Shown here piece by piece: positions 1-15,737 of a stretch of DNA of 64,000 nt. A program made the translations under genes and the position numbers. Source of the stretch: the human T2T-CHM13v2.0 reference genome, Homo sapiens. The stretch lies in the NCBI RefSeq assembly GCF_009914755.1, contig NC_060947.1. One strand, written 5' to 3'. Positions within the stretch are counted from its first letter, which is position 1, and each line of letters opens with the position of its first letter. The notes under the pieces were generated by a model. That model worked only from the letters and a program-made list of their open reading frames with translations, was not told the DNA's origin and did no database searches.

Positions 1-863
1 ATTAAATGGTGTGCTTCTTCCTACTTCTCTTTGCACTACTGTAGTTTTTGCTCTATCAATATTTTTACCACATGACTGCATATATGAGTAGCTCCCATCT
101 TCCTTGTGAATTGTAGCCTTTGACTTTATCAACTGTGTTTTTTTGTCTCTTTAAATCCATTTTGGTCTCAGTTTTTTTCTTTTAATTATCAAGATTGTAA
201 CCCTTACTTTCTTTATATTGTCAACTGCCTAGTATATATTTATCCTTACATTTTTAACCTATATGAATACGTTTGTTTTACGTGTATCACTTGGAAAAGC
301 ACAGCTTTGGATTTTTCTTCAATAGGCAATCTGAAATACTTTTAATAGATGAGTTAAGCCAATTTATTGTTATTGATATGATTGATGTCTTTGCTCATTT
401 GTGTTCAATTCTGTTGTATTGCTTTTAAACACAGAAATTGTATAGTCTTTCACTAGTTCATATGTTTATTTGCTATCTATATTTAGTATTTCGAATGGTT
501 AATACATAATATCCTTGATATGGAAGAAGTCTTAATAATGAGTAGAGAAATCATCAAAAGATATGAACAGATAATTCACATAAAATGCAATATACATAGT
601 CACTAAACTTTCAAAAATATACCAAATTACAATAATTCTGCCTGCCACGGGCTGCCAGTGTGCACCAGAGGTATCTCATGTTTCATCTTATGGATGCCCC
701 AGAGTAGAGGATTTTACTGTCTTCTTTTACACTTATCAATTTTATTCTGACAGAATTAGAGTCATTCTATATGTAAATTCATACCCTGGGTTTTAAGTGA
801 GGTATTTTTTTTTTGCTCCATGCAAACACGTCTGTGGAGAAGTTTGACAATGGTGGTACGGTG

Positions 864-894
864 GTGCCCCCTCGTGACTGAAGCCTGAACTGCA
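864..894 (-). promoter_or_regulatory. CTCF site: core TCACGAGGGGGCAC with upstream TGCAGTTC module
   Basis: Minus strand reads TGCAGTTC-aggcttcag-TCACGAGGGGGCAC, matching the CTCF core consensus (CCASYAGRKGGCRS-like) plus the ZF9-11 upstream motif. Confidence 0.65.
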
Positions 895-1882
895 TGCAGC
901 TTGAACATCACAGTAGGAAAGTGGGAGGGAGGAGTTGTGGCCCAAGCCCCGCCCTACAGAGTTTTCTAGAAGTCTGAGTGGAAAATTGGGCATTCCCAGT
1001 GTGTAGGAATACTGACAGCCTCCATTAAAAAAATGGAGCCTTTTACTATGTGGAAGAGAAAACTATGTCAGAATAATAAATATATATTTTAAATGCTTTG
1101 AGACATATGGATAAATAGCTGGAGACCTGGGTAAGCTAAAATGGATGCAGATCTTTTATTATCTTTGTAACCCAAGTTTGCCCTTATTATAACCATCTTT
1201 TCATGGAAATATACGTCTGTGATAACATCTTAAAATACTTAAACACAAAATCTCACTTTTTTTTTTTGGACTATGTATTTCATTGTGTGGATACCCTCAA
1301 ATTTATTTCACTAGTATTATAGCAATGAAAATTTAGTTCCCTTACCATTTCTATGACCGAAAATAATGTACTTAACGCCATGCTCGTGTATATGCAAATA
1401 TGTTTGTAAGCATTTATTTATAGTAAGTTCCTAAAAGTTTCATTTTAAAACCCTTTGAACTATAACATTTTATATTAATAATCAATTCAAAATACTATTA
1501 CTAATTTATATTGCCTATATCACAGTATGAAAGTACCTAGTTCTCCACACATTAGAAATAATGAGAATCATTAATTTGGTACACAAGAAGTCATCTCTCA
1601 TCATTACTTTCATTATAACTCGTTTTTGTTGCCTTCTGGAATTCCATCCTATGGATGTAACATAATCAATTTTCACAACTTCTTGTTATTCAGACTGTCC
1701 TGATATTTCCTATTATCTACACTGTGTGGATGGCATCTTTTCAGAGTCTGTGCACTGCTGAAGGGCACAGTTACAGGCACAATTCCTGTGGCTATTTGCG
1801 CTAGTGAGTTGAATGTGTCTTCCTTGAGTCCAGCAAGCTGTCTTAGGAGAAATATAACACAACATGATAAATGTCTCAGTTT

Positions 1883-1888
1883 GTGTGA

Positions 1889-1920
<32 letters not shown>
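1883..1920. repeat. (TG)n microsatellite
   Basis: tgtgtgagtgagtgtgtgtg... run; the paralogous (CA/CT)n run is at ~47324-47370. Confidence 0.95.
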
Positions 1921-1923
<3 letters not shown>

Positions 1924-2448
1924 CTGACAACCACATTTCCCTCTGCCCTTTTGTGGGTTTGTGTCTCATTTGGTTTCTCTTCCCAAATTCAGGCTCAGAA
2001 GTGACAAAAGAGAATTATCAGGATGGCAGTCCTTATAACCAGATGCTTATCAACATTCTTCACTACATTCTGAAGATGAATTTCTACAAGGGAAATTGTT
2101 TATGTAAGTGGTGTGTACCCTTTGATATGTATTGACATAGTGGCACACATAGAGTTGTGCCATTTAAACTCCCCAAGGGGAGGCATGTGAGGTCGGCCAC
2201 AGAGGACTGAAGAAATTAGTTAATGCTGACATCCTATCACATAGGGTGGGTCCTGGACTCCGTCATGGACCTGCTGTCATGCCATTGCCACAATTGGAAG
2301 ACGTGGAAGTGATCAGATGCAATCAAATTTTGTACACAAGCACATCCTGATGTAGCGATGAGGGGAAGGGGGAAGAGGAATGATCATTGCTTGGACTTAC
2401 AGGACAGAGGCAGAAGGGCTAGGACACAGGCACTCTTTATACGCATTC

Positions 2449-2746
<298 letters not shown>

Positions 2747-3584
2747 CTATATGCATTCATTTTTATGTAAAACATATGCATCAATTCTTTTGTATGAAAA
2801 CGTTTGGTCATTACTGTGGTACAACAGAAGACCAGGTCAGTACCATATTTTTTTTTCATATGTACACGGATTTTTATTTTGTTTTAGACATTGTCTTACA
2901 CACAATAGACATTCAGTATTTGTTGAAATTAATGAAAGAAAAGAGAAACATGAAAACGGTCTGAGAAGACAATAATCTGCTTTTTAATTTATAGACAGCA
3001 ATTAGGTCAAACAATTATAGCAATGATGACAAAGAACAATATCTGAGGTACACTCAAAACCTTATGAGGGTTATTTGCCAGTTTTCCTGGCTATTTCTAC
3101 ACCCTTTGATCTCTAGTGAATGTTTCTACTTACAACTACATATTTTGTAAGTTTTGCCTACTGTATTTCAATCAACACTGTAAAAAATGAAGAGAGTCTT
3201 TTTGGTTCAAATTTGGTTTTTAGTTAATTATGTGATGTGTATATGATTTTTTGTTACCTTTTCTGTATAGATATCAGGAGAATCGAAAATATGTTGATGG
3301 TGGAATTGTGGTATGACATTTTTACTGACTACTACTCTGCAAAAGTTTTATCTATGAGCTCTATGGGTTGTTCCTGGCTTTTGAAAATTTACTTTAAGGA
3401 AGTGTTTTTGGAAATGGATTATAAGTATACAAGTATGCAATCTTATGTATTTGCAACTGTCTAAGATGTTATGATACTTTCCTCCCTGCAATCTGGCATT
3501 CATCCATTCAAGACATTTTAATTGAACTCTTACAATGTTCTTAATACTATGATAAGCCCTGAAGGTAAACTGTGACTAAAAATG

Positions 3585-3753
3585 TTGCAGGATAAAATAC
3601 AGGATTCCTAGTTAAATTTGAATTTTAGATAAACAACATTCTTATACTAAAAATTATTCCATGTTTATCTGAAATTCAAATTTAGCTGAGTGTCCTGTAA
3701 CTTTTTATTTTATTTGTTTACTTGTTTGTCTGTGATAAATATGGCAGCCCTAG
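3585..3753. mobile_element. MER53-like palindromic non-autonomous DNA transposon
   Basis: Internal inverted repeat 'caggattcctagttaaatttgaattttagataaa' / 'tttatctgaaattcaaatttagctgagtgtcctg'; end 'tggcagccct'. Confidence 0.6.
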
Positions 3754-4954
3754 TAAAAATAAATATAGCCCCTGATTTATTCTAATTTACTCTTTGGTTG
3801 GCAAGGAAGGCACTAATCAAATAAACCTGCAGATAAATGAAAAATTGCAACTGAGATAAGTATGAACAAGAATAAATTCAAAGCTGAAGAAGAAGAAAAT
3901 AATTGGAAGAGAAACCTTGTCAGAAAGGGGACTTCGAAGCTCTATGGAAGTGTCAATGGACCCACAATACAGTGGGGAAGGAAAGAGATGCTCTGGCACT
4001 CTTTCTTTTAAATGACAGTTTTATATTCAACTTTAATGGTACAAGCAGTAGAAAGCCTGGCTGCTCACAGAGATGCAGAAAACACTCAAAGCCTTGTTTC
4101 AGGACCCACCCACTATCTTTCCCATTTGGCATCTGACTCATAATGAAGCCAGAGGCTGCAAGTTTTAGACGTATGCAAAGGTGGTACATTTCAATATTCA
4201 ATTCCAATTAATATGGATATTTTCTGGGGTCAGAGAAGGAAAGGTTATTTGTCCCATCAGGCCACTGGCCTTTGCTCCTACCAGAAGTGAGAGGAACCAT
4301 GCCTGTTTTTAAATAACAGGGAAGACTTTTTCAGCACAGGCTGGTGGGAAAGACACAAATCTATCTAGTCACCTGGGAGCTGTCAGACAGGAATGTTGCA
4401 AGTGACTACACCTTGCAGTGCCTCTGGCAGGATTAGGACTCTCAAACTTTCCCAATAGCCCAGCTTGTGATTCCTTCTTGCTTTCCAAGTTGCCATATGC
4501 ATGCAATATTTAAAAATGGTCTTGGACAGTTTGTATTAATTACTCAGAATTTGAATATGCTCATTGTTTATCATCATTATAATAACAGTCCTACCTCAGG
4601 TTTATATGTTTATTCCCATATATTTGGGTTCCTTTAATTATCTTATGTATTTTTATGATGTCTGCAAAATAAAAGGGGAATGAGTGTTATTATACCAATT
4701 TTTATGGATGCGGGAACCTGAGCATAGCCTCTCTAAATAAGTTGCTAAAGTCATTTTTCTGATACAATCCACAACCAGATTGACTGCTTACCTAGACTCT
4801 TAGCTTTGTCTGGAGCTGTATCAAGCTAGTTAGAAGTGCAAAGTCTAAATTTATTGACTGAAAAAAAAAATCTCGAAAAGATAGTACTAAATATAAATAA
4901 ATAAGTCACAAAATATGCAGCCAATTAGATTAAACTCATCAAAAATAAACTGAC

Positions 4955-7160
4955 ACCTGCTTTTTTTTTGCTTCCATTTGCTTGGTAAATATTCCTCCTT
5001 CCCTTTATGTCAAGCCTATGTGTGCCTTTGCACGTGAGATGGGTCTCCTGAATACAGCACACCAATGGGTCTTGACTCTTTATCCAATTTTCCAGTCTGT
5101 GTCTTTTCATTGAGGCATTTAGCCTGTTTACATTTAAGGTTAATATTGTTATGTGTGAATTTGATCCTGTCATTATGATGTTAGCTGGTTATTTTGCCCA
5201 TTAGTTGATGCAGTTTCTTCCTAGCATCGATGGTCTTTACAATTTGGCATGTTTTTGCAGTGACTGGTTCTGGTTGTTCCTTTCCATGTTTAGCGCGTCC
5301 TTCAGGAGCTCTTGTAGGGCAGGCCTGGTGGTGACAAAATCTCTCAGCATTTGCTTGTCTGTAAAGTATTTTATTTCTCCCACACTTATGAAGCTTAGTT
5401 TGGCTGGATATGACATTCTGTGTTGAAAATTCTTTTCTTTAAGAATGTTGAATATTGGCCCCCACTCTCTTCTGGCTTGTAGAGTTTCTGCCAAGGGGTC
5501 AGCTGTTAGTCTGATGGGCTTCCCTTTGTGGGTAACCTGACCTTTCTCTCTGGCTGCCCTTAACATTTTTTCCTTCATTTCAACTTTGGTGAATCTGATG
5601 ATTATGTGTCTTGGGGTTGCTCTTCTCGAGGAGTATCTTTGTGGTGTTCTCTGTATTTCCTGAATTTGAATGTTGGCCTGCCTTGCTAGGTTGGGGAAGT
5701 TCTCCTGGATAATATCCTGCAGAGTGTTTTCCAACTTGGTTCCATTCTCCCCATCACTTTCAGGTACACAGTCAAATGTAGGTTTGGTCTTTTCACGTAG
5801 TCCCATATTTCTTGGAGGCTTTGTTCGTTCCTTTTCATTTTTTTCTCTAATCCTGTCTTCATGCTTTATTTCATTAAGTTGATCTTCAATCTCTGATATC
5901 CTTTCTTCCGCTTGATTGATTCAGCTGTTGATACTTGTGTATGCTTCACGAAGTTCTTGTGATGTGTTTTTCAGCTCCATCAGGTCATTTATGTTCTTCT
6001 CTAAACTGGTTATTCTAGTTAGCAATTCCTCTAACCTTTTTTCAAGCTTCTTAGCTTCCTTGCATTGAGTTAGAACATGCTCCTTTAGCTTGGAGAAGTT
6101 TGTTATTACCCACCTTCTGAAGCCTACTTCTGTCAATTCGTCAAACGCATTCTCCATCCAGTTTTGTTCCATTGCTGGCGAGGAGTTGTGATCCTTTGGA
6201 GGAGAAGAGGCATTCTTGTTTTTGCAATTTTCAGTCTTTTTGCGCTGGTTTCTCCCCATCTTCGTGGATTTATCTACCTTTGGTCTTTATTGTTGGTGAC
6301 CTTTGGATGGGGTTTTGGTGTGGACGTCCTTTTTGTTGAAGTTGATACTATTCCTTTCTGTCTGTTAGTTTTCCTTCTAACAGGCCCCTCTGCTGCAGGT
6401 CTGCTGGAGTTTGCTGGCAGTCCACTCCGGACCCCATTTGCCTGGGTATCACCAGCAGAGGCTGCAGAACAGCAAAGACTGCTGCCTATTCCTTCCTCTG
6501 GAAGCTTCATCCCAGAGAGGCACCCGTCAGATGCTAGCCGGAGTTCTCCAGTATGAGGTGTCTGTCGACCCCTGCTGGGAGGTTTCTCCCAGTCAGGGGG
6601 CACGGGGTTCAGGGACCCACTTGAGGAGGCAGTCTCTCCCTTAGCAGAGCTCGAGCGTTGTGCTGGGAGATCTGCTACTCTTTTCAGAGCTGGCACGCAG
6701 GAACGTTTAAGTCTGCCAAAGCTGCACCCACAGCCACCCCTTCCCCCAGGTGCTCTGCCCCAGGGAGATGGGAGTTTTATCTATAAGCCCCTAACTGGGG
6801 CTGCTGCCTTTTTTTCAGAGATGCCCTGCCCAGAGAGGAGGAATCCAGAGAGGCGGTCTGGCTACAGCGGCTTTGCCAAGCTGCAGTGGGCTCCACCCAG
6901 TTCGAACTTTCCTGTGTCTTTGTTTATGCTATGAGGGGAAAACCGCCTACTCAAGCCTCAGTAATGATGGACACCCTTCCCCCCACGAAGCTGGAGCGTC
7001 CCAGGTGGACTTCAGACTGCTATGCTGGCAGCAATAATTTCAAGCCAGTGGATCTTAGCTTGCTGGGCTCCGTGGGAGTGGGATCCACTGAGCTAGACCA
7101 CTTGGCTCCCTGGCTTCAGCCCCCTTTCCAGGGGAGTGAACAGCTCTGTCTCACTGGCAT
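4955..7160 (-). mobile_element. L1 (L1PA7/8-like) fragment: partial 5'UTR, disrupted ORF1, first ~70 codons of ORF2; 3' part absent
   Basis: ORFs 5921..6259 (MGRNQRKK...) and 5237..5806 (...QDIIQENFPNLARQ...) are ORF1p; 4925..5173 (MTGSNSHITILTLNVN...) is the ORF2p endonuclease N-terminus, with L1 similarity ending at 'KKAGV'. Confidence 0.9.
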
Positions 7161-7189
7161 AGTGCATAAAAATATGTAGTACCATATTT

Positions 7190-7770
7190 TTAAACAGCTT
7201 TCTTGCAATATACTTTACAGACAATGAAATTTACCCATTTTAAGGGTAAAATTTGATGAATTTCAGTAAATGTGTAGAGTTGTGCTACCATCACCATAAT
7301 TAAGCTTTTAACATTTCCATTACCTCAAAAAGTCCTGTCGTGCTTGAATACAGTTAATTCCTGCTTCAGCCTTGGCAATCACAAATGTTTTCTGTGTCTA
7401 TGTATTTACCTGTTTAGATGCTTTATATAAATGGAATCGTACAATATTTGTTCTTTATTGTTTGGCTTCCTTCGCCTGGTTATGATATATAGTCAAGGTT
7501 CATCCATGGTGTAGCATGTGTCATAATGTCATTCTTTCTAATGGCTGAAAAATCTTGTATGAATAGACTACATTTTTTATCATTTATCTATTGATAGTCA
7601 TTTGGATTATTTCTAGTTGTTGGCTAATATGAATGACAATTCGACATACATTTGTGTACAAGTTTTCAGGTAGACTTATGTTTTCATTTCTCTTGAGTAT
7701 GTACCTAAGAGTGGAATTGCTGGTAACTCCCTGCTTATCCATTTGAGGAACTGCCAGATGACTTTCATGA
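7190..7770 (-). mobile_element. Old L1M 3'-region fragment
   Basis: Typical L1M antisense motifs ('catccatggtgtagcatgtg', 'gtacctaagagtggaattgctgg', 'tttgaggaactgccag'). Confidence 0.7.
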
Positions 7771-8458
7771 CCCTGACAGTCATGAGGAGTACAGGCTTAG
7801 CCAGTTGTTCTTATTGTGATTAGACCAGGATTATGTGTTTTGAGAAAGAATACCATTGATTTGAAGTGCCCTTCTTGTAACATTATATCTGGTAGTCAGG
7901 ATGCCTACTTAATGTCACTGGTGATGTTAAACTTCATCATTTAATTAAGCTGGGGTTTGTCAAGTTTCTCTAGTGTATAGTAACTATTTTCCATGTGACT
8001 AGAGAGCATATGGGAGAAGGAAAACACTCCAACGTTTCTAATTTCACTGTGAGTCAGTGTCATTTCTGTGTGGTGGAATGAGTGCCCGGATGGTGCTGGG
8101 GAAGGGAAGAAGGGGATTCCACCATTTCTTTTTTTTTTTTTTTTTATACTTTAAGTTTTAGGGTACATGGGCACAATGTGCAGGTTTGTTATATATGTAT
8201 ACATGTGCCATGTTGGTGTGCTGCACCCAATAACTCGTCATTTAGCATTAGGTATATCTCCTAATGCTATCCCTTCCCCCTCCCCCCACCCCACAACAGT
8301 CCCTGGAGTGTGATGTTCCCCTTCCTGTGTCCATGTGTTCTCATTGTTCAGTTCCCACCTATGAGTGAGAACATGTGGTGTTTGGTTTTTTGTCCTTGCG
8401 ATAGTTTGCTGAGAATGATGGTTTCCAGTTTCATACACATCCCTACAAAGAACATGAA

Positions 8459-12172
<3,714 letters not shown>

Positions 12173-12235
12173 TATGATGTTAGCTGGTTATTTTGCTCGT
12201 TAGTTGATGCAGTTTCTTCCTAGCCTCGATGGTCT

Positions 12236-13248
12236 TTACATTTTGGCATGTTTTTACATTTGCTGGTACTGGTTGTTCCTTTCCATGTTTAGTGCTTCCT
12301 TCAGGAGCTCTTGTAGGGCAGGCCTGGTGCTGACAAAATCTCTCAGCATTTGCTTGTCTGTAAAGTATTTTATTTCTCTTTAACTTATGAAGCTTAGTTT
12401 GGCTGAATATGAAATTCTGGGTTGAAAATTCTTTTCTTTAAGAATGTTGAATATTGGTCCCCACTCTCTTCTGGCTTGTAGAGTTTCTGCCGAGAGATCC
12501 GCTTTTAGTCTGATGGGCTTCCCTTTGTGGGTAACTTGACCTTTCTCTCTGGCTGCCCTTAACATTTTTTCCTTCATTTCAACTTTGGTGAATCTGATGA
12601 TTATGTGTCTTGGAGTTGCTCTTCTCGAGGAGTATCTTTGTGGTGTTCTCTGTATTTCCTGAATCTGAATGTTGGCCTGCCTTGCTAGATTGGGGAAGTT
12701 CTCCTGGATAATATCCTGCAGAGTGTTTTCCAACTTGGTTCCATTCTCCCCGTCAGTTTCAGGTACACCAATCAGACGTAGATTTGGTGTTTTCACATAG
12801 TCCCATATTTCTTGGTGGCTTTGTTCATTTCTTTTTATTCTTTTTTCTCTAAACTTCCCTTCTCGCTTCATTTCATTCATTTCGTCTTCCATCACTGATA
12901 CCGTTTCTTCCAGTTGATCACATCAGCTCCTGAGGCTTCTGCATTCTTCACGTAGTTCTCGAGCCTTGGCTTTCAGCTCCATCAGCTCCTTTAAGGACTT
13001 CTCTGCATTGGTTATTCTAGTTATCCATTCGTCTAATTTTTTTTCAGTTTTTAACTTCTTTGCCATTCGTTTTGAATTTCCTCCCGTAACTCAGAATAGT
13101 GTGATCGTCTGAAGCCTTCTCTCAGCTCTTCAAAGTCATTTTCCATCCAGCTTTGTTCTGTTGCTGGTGAGGAGCTGTGTTCCTTTGGAGGAGGAGAGGC
13201 ACTGTGCTTTTTAGAGTTTCCAGTTTTTCTACTCTGTTTTTTCCCCAT
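12236..13248 (-). pseudogene. L1 ORF1, disrupted
   Basis: Pieces 13051..13248 (MGKKQSRKTGNSK...) and 12380..12895; frameshift and premature stop. Confidence 0.9.
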
Positions 13249-13827
13249 CTTTGTGGTTTTATGTACTTTTGGTCTTTGATGATGGTGACGTACAGAAGGG
13301 TTTTTGGTGTGGATGTCCTTTCTGTTTGTTAGTTTTCCTTCTAACAGACAGGACCCTCAGCTGCAGGTCTGTTGGAGTTTGCTAGAGGTCCACTCCAGAC
13401 CCTGGTTGCCTGGGTATCAGCAGTGGTGGCTGTAGAACAGCGGATCTTGGTGAACCCGAAATGCTGCTGCCTGATCGTTCCTCTGGAAGTTTTGTCTCAA
13501 AGGAGTACCCGGCCGTGTGAGGTGTCAGTCTGCCCCTACTTGGGGGTGCCTCCCAGTTAGGCTGCTCGGGGGTCAAGGACCCACTTGAGGAGGCAATCTG
13601 CCCATTCTCAGATCTCCAGCTGCATGCTGGGAGAACCACCACTACTCTCTTCAAAGCTGTCAGACAGGGACATTTAAGTCTGCAGAGGTTACTGCTGTCT
13701 TTTTGTTTGTCTGTGCCCTGCCCCCGGAGGTGGAGCCTACAGAGGCAGGCAGGCCTCCTTGATCTGTGGTGGGCTCCACCCAGTTCGAGCTTCCTGGCTA
13801 CTTTGTTTACCTAATCAAGCCTGGGCA

Positions 13828-13941
13828 ATGGCAGGCGCCCCTCCCCCAGCCTCGCTGCCGCCTTGCAGTTTGATCTCAGACTGCTGTGCTAGCAATCAGC
13901 GAGACTCCGTGGGCGTAGGACCCTCCGAGCCAGGTGCGTGA
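13828..13941 (+). CDS. L1 antisense ORF0, truncated to 37 aa, splice donor retained
   Basis: MAGAPPPASLPPCSLISDCCASNQRDSVGVGPSEPGA* matches the N-terminus of primate L1 ORF0; donor cag|gtgcgt at 13933/13934. Confidence 0.7.
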   Translation: MAGAPPPASLPPCSLISDCCASNQRDSVGVGPSEPGA

Positions 13942-14435
13942 TATAATCTCCTGGTGTGCCGTTTTTTAAGCCTGTTGGAAAAGTGCAGTATTAGGGTGGG
14001 AGTGACCCGATTTTCCAGGTGCCATCTGTCACCCCTTTCTTTGACTAGGAAAGGGAACTCCCCGACCCCTTGCGCTTCCTGAGTGAGGCAATGCCTCGCC
14101 CTGCTTCAGCTCACGCACACTGCACTGCACCCACTGTCCTGCACCCACTGTCTGGCACTCCCTGATGAGGTGAACCCAGTACCTCAGATGGAAATGCAGA
14201 AATCACCCATCTTCTGCGTCGCTCAGGCTGGGAGCTGTAGACCGGAGCTGTTCCTATTCAGCCATCTTGGCTTCCGATTCCACCATTTCTATTCAACTGA
14301 ATCATGGACCCCATGAATGGAGTTTGGGGTAAGGGAATGAAATCACCATACACCCCACTTCTTCCTGTTTCCCGGGTTTTCCTGTCCCCTTGTATTACCG
14401 CCAGTCTGCATGAGAGATGTGTGTTTCCTTTGCAG

Positions 14436-14564
14436 TCCAAAGGGGCTTGATGAAAGCCTCATACTGTCTGCTGTTCGGGACACTGGAGCAAGAGAGACCA
14501 GAGATCTCTCTGCATATTGGTGCCAGACCCAAACCAGTAACTGTGAGATGTTCTGGGCTCAGGG
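14436..14564 (+). other. Candidate 129-nt exon just downstream of the L1 antisense promoter
   Basis: Acceptor gtgtttcctttgcag| and donor ggg|gtaagt; open in the frame that continues ORF0. Confidence 0.4.
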
Positions 14565-15317
14565 GTAAGTAACTTCCCCTGCTAGCCTCTCTTGGAGAGT
14601 GCATATTTCTGTTATGTGGGAGCTTCATTGCTATGTGGTAGAGTAATGGTGAGGCACACAGAAGCAGGTAGAGATGGAGCGCCTGGTGGGTGAACCAACA
14701 CCCAGGGCACAGGCTCCAGGACTTGTGCTGCCTGATCCACCTTTCTCATGGTCTAGATCTTCCCATCGTTCTATCCTCTCTCAGGGTACCTGGGATACCT
14801 GTGTACATCCCATACTATCACAAAGAGCAGGAGACAAATGAGGTGGGGAAGGGAGCAAAGACAGAGAGAGGTAGAGGTGATCCCTGGAGGGCCTGCTGTT
14901 TTCTATTCTCTTCACTGCTCTTTCTTGTTCCACATGAGGTTATATTTCTTTATTTCACCCCACAGTTAACCTCAGAGACCTGGTAATCCATATGACCCCA
15001 CAGCTATGCCTCATGGCCCAAAGGGCAGGATTTCATCTCTACCATCCTCTTCCTCAATGTGAAGGGCTGTTGAGTGAGTACCCTTAGGGAACAATACTGG
15101 GGAAGTATAAAATTATCATCCTCCAAATAAGAAGCTGCTGGTTCCATTGTGTGGGAGGGTAGGAGATAGAACCTCATTGCCATTCTGCCAGTTATCTGGA
15201 GAGGGTCTTAGTATCTGTGAGCCAGAGCTTGATCATCTGTGAGATGGAACTCACCACACTTTCTTCACACTGCTGTCCTGATGGGTAAATGGAATAAACC
15301 ATATATTTTTATACCAT

Positions 15318-15737
15318 TATCTTAGTCCATTTAGTGTTGCTATAAAGGAATATCTGAGGCTGCATAACTTATAAAGAAAAAAGTTTATGTGGCTAATAAT
15401 TCTGATGGTTGGAAAGTTTAAGATTGGGCATCTGCTTATGATGAGGGCCTCAGGAAGCTTCCACTCATGATGGAAGGCCATGGGGAGCCAACTTGTGCAG
15501 AGATCACATGGCGAGAGAGGGAGAAGAGAGATGGGAGGTACTAGGCTTTTTTCAACAACCAGCTCTTGTGGCAACTAATGGAGCAAGCACTCACTCATCA
15601 CAGCAAGGATGGCACCAAGACTTTCATGAGGGATCCACCCCCATGACCCAAACACCTCCTGTTAGGTCCCACCTCCAACATTGGGGATCAAATTTCAACA
15701 TGAGATTTGGAGGAGTCAAACATCCAAATTGTAGCAA
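15318..15737. mobile_element. MaLR solo LTR (MST-type)
   Basis: 'ttagtccatttagtgttgctataaaggaatatctgaggctg...ggtcccacctccaacattggggatcaaatttcaacatgagatttgg'. Confidence 0.85.

Larger units (their letters stand above)
640..2270 (+). repeat. Local paralogous block (copy 0): CTCF/promoter-like module plus downstream segment with (TG)n
   Basis: 680-1010 aligns with 37550-37875 (direct) and ~54100-54400 (inverted). ~1500-2270 aligns inverted with ~46965-47760, e.g. 'gcatcttttcagagtctgtgcactg' at ~1733 vs its reverse complement 'cagtgcacagactctgaaaagatgc' at 47501. Confidence 0.85.

Noticed and set aside
3600-3700. Long inverted repeat as an RNA hairpin gene
   Set aside because: Explained by the palindromic MER53-like element; a second copy lies at 17584-18181.
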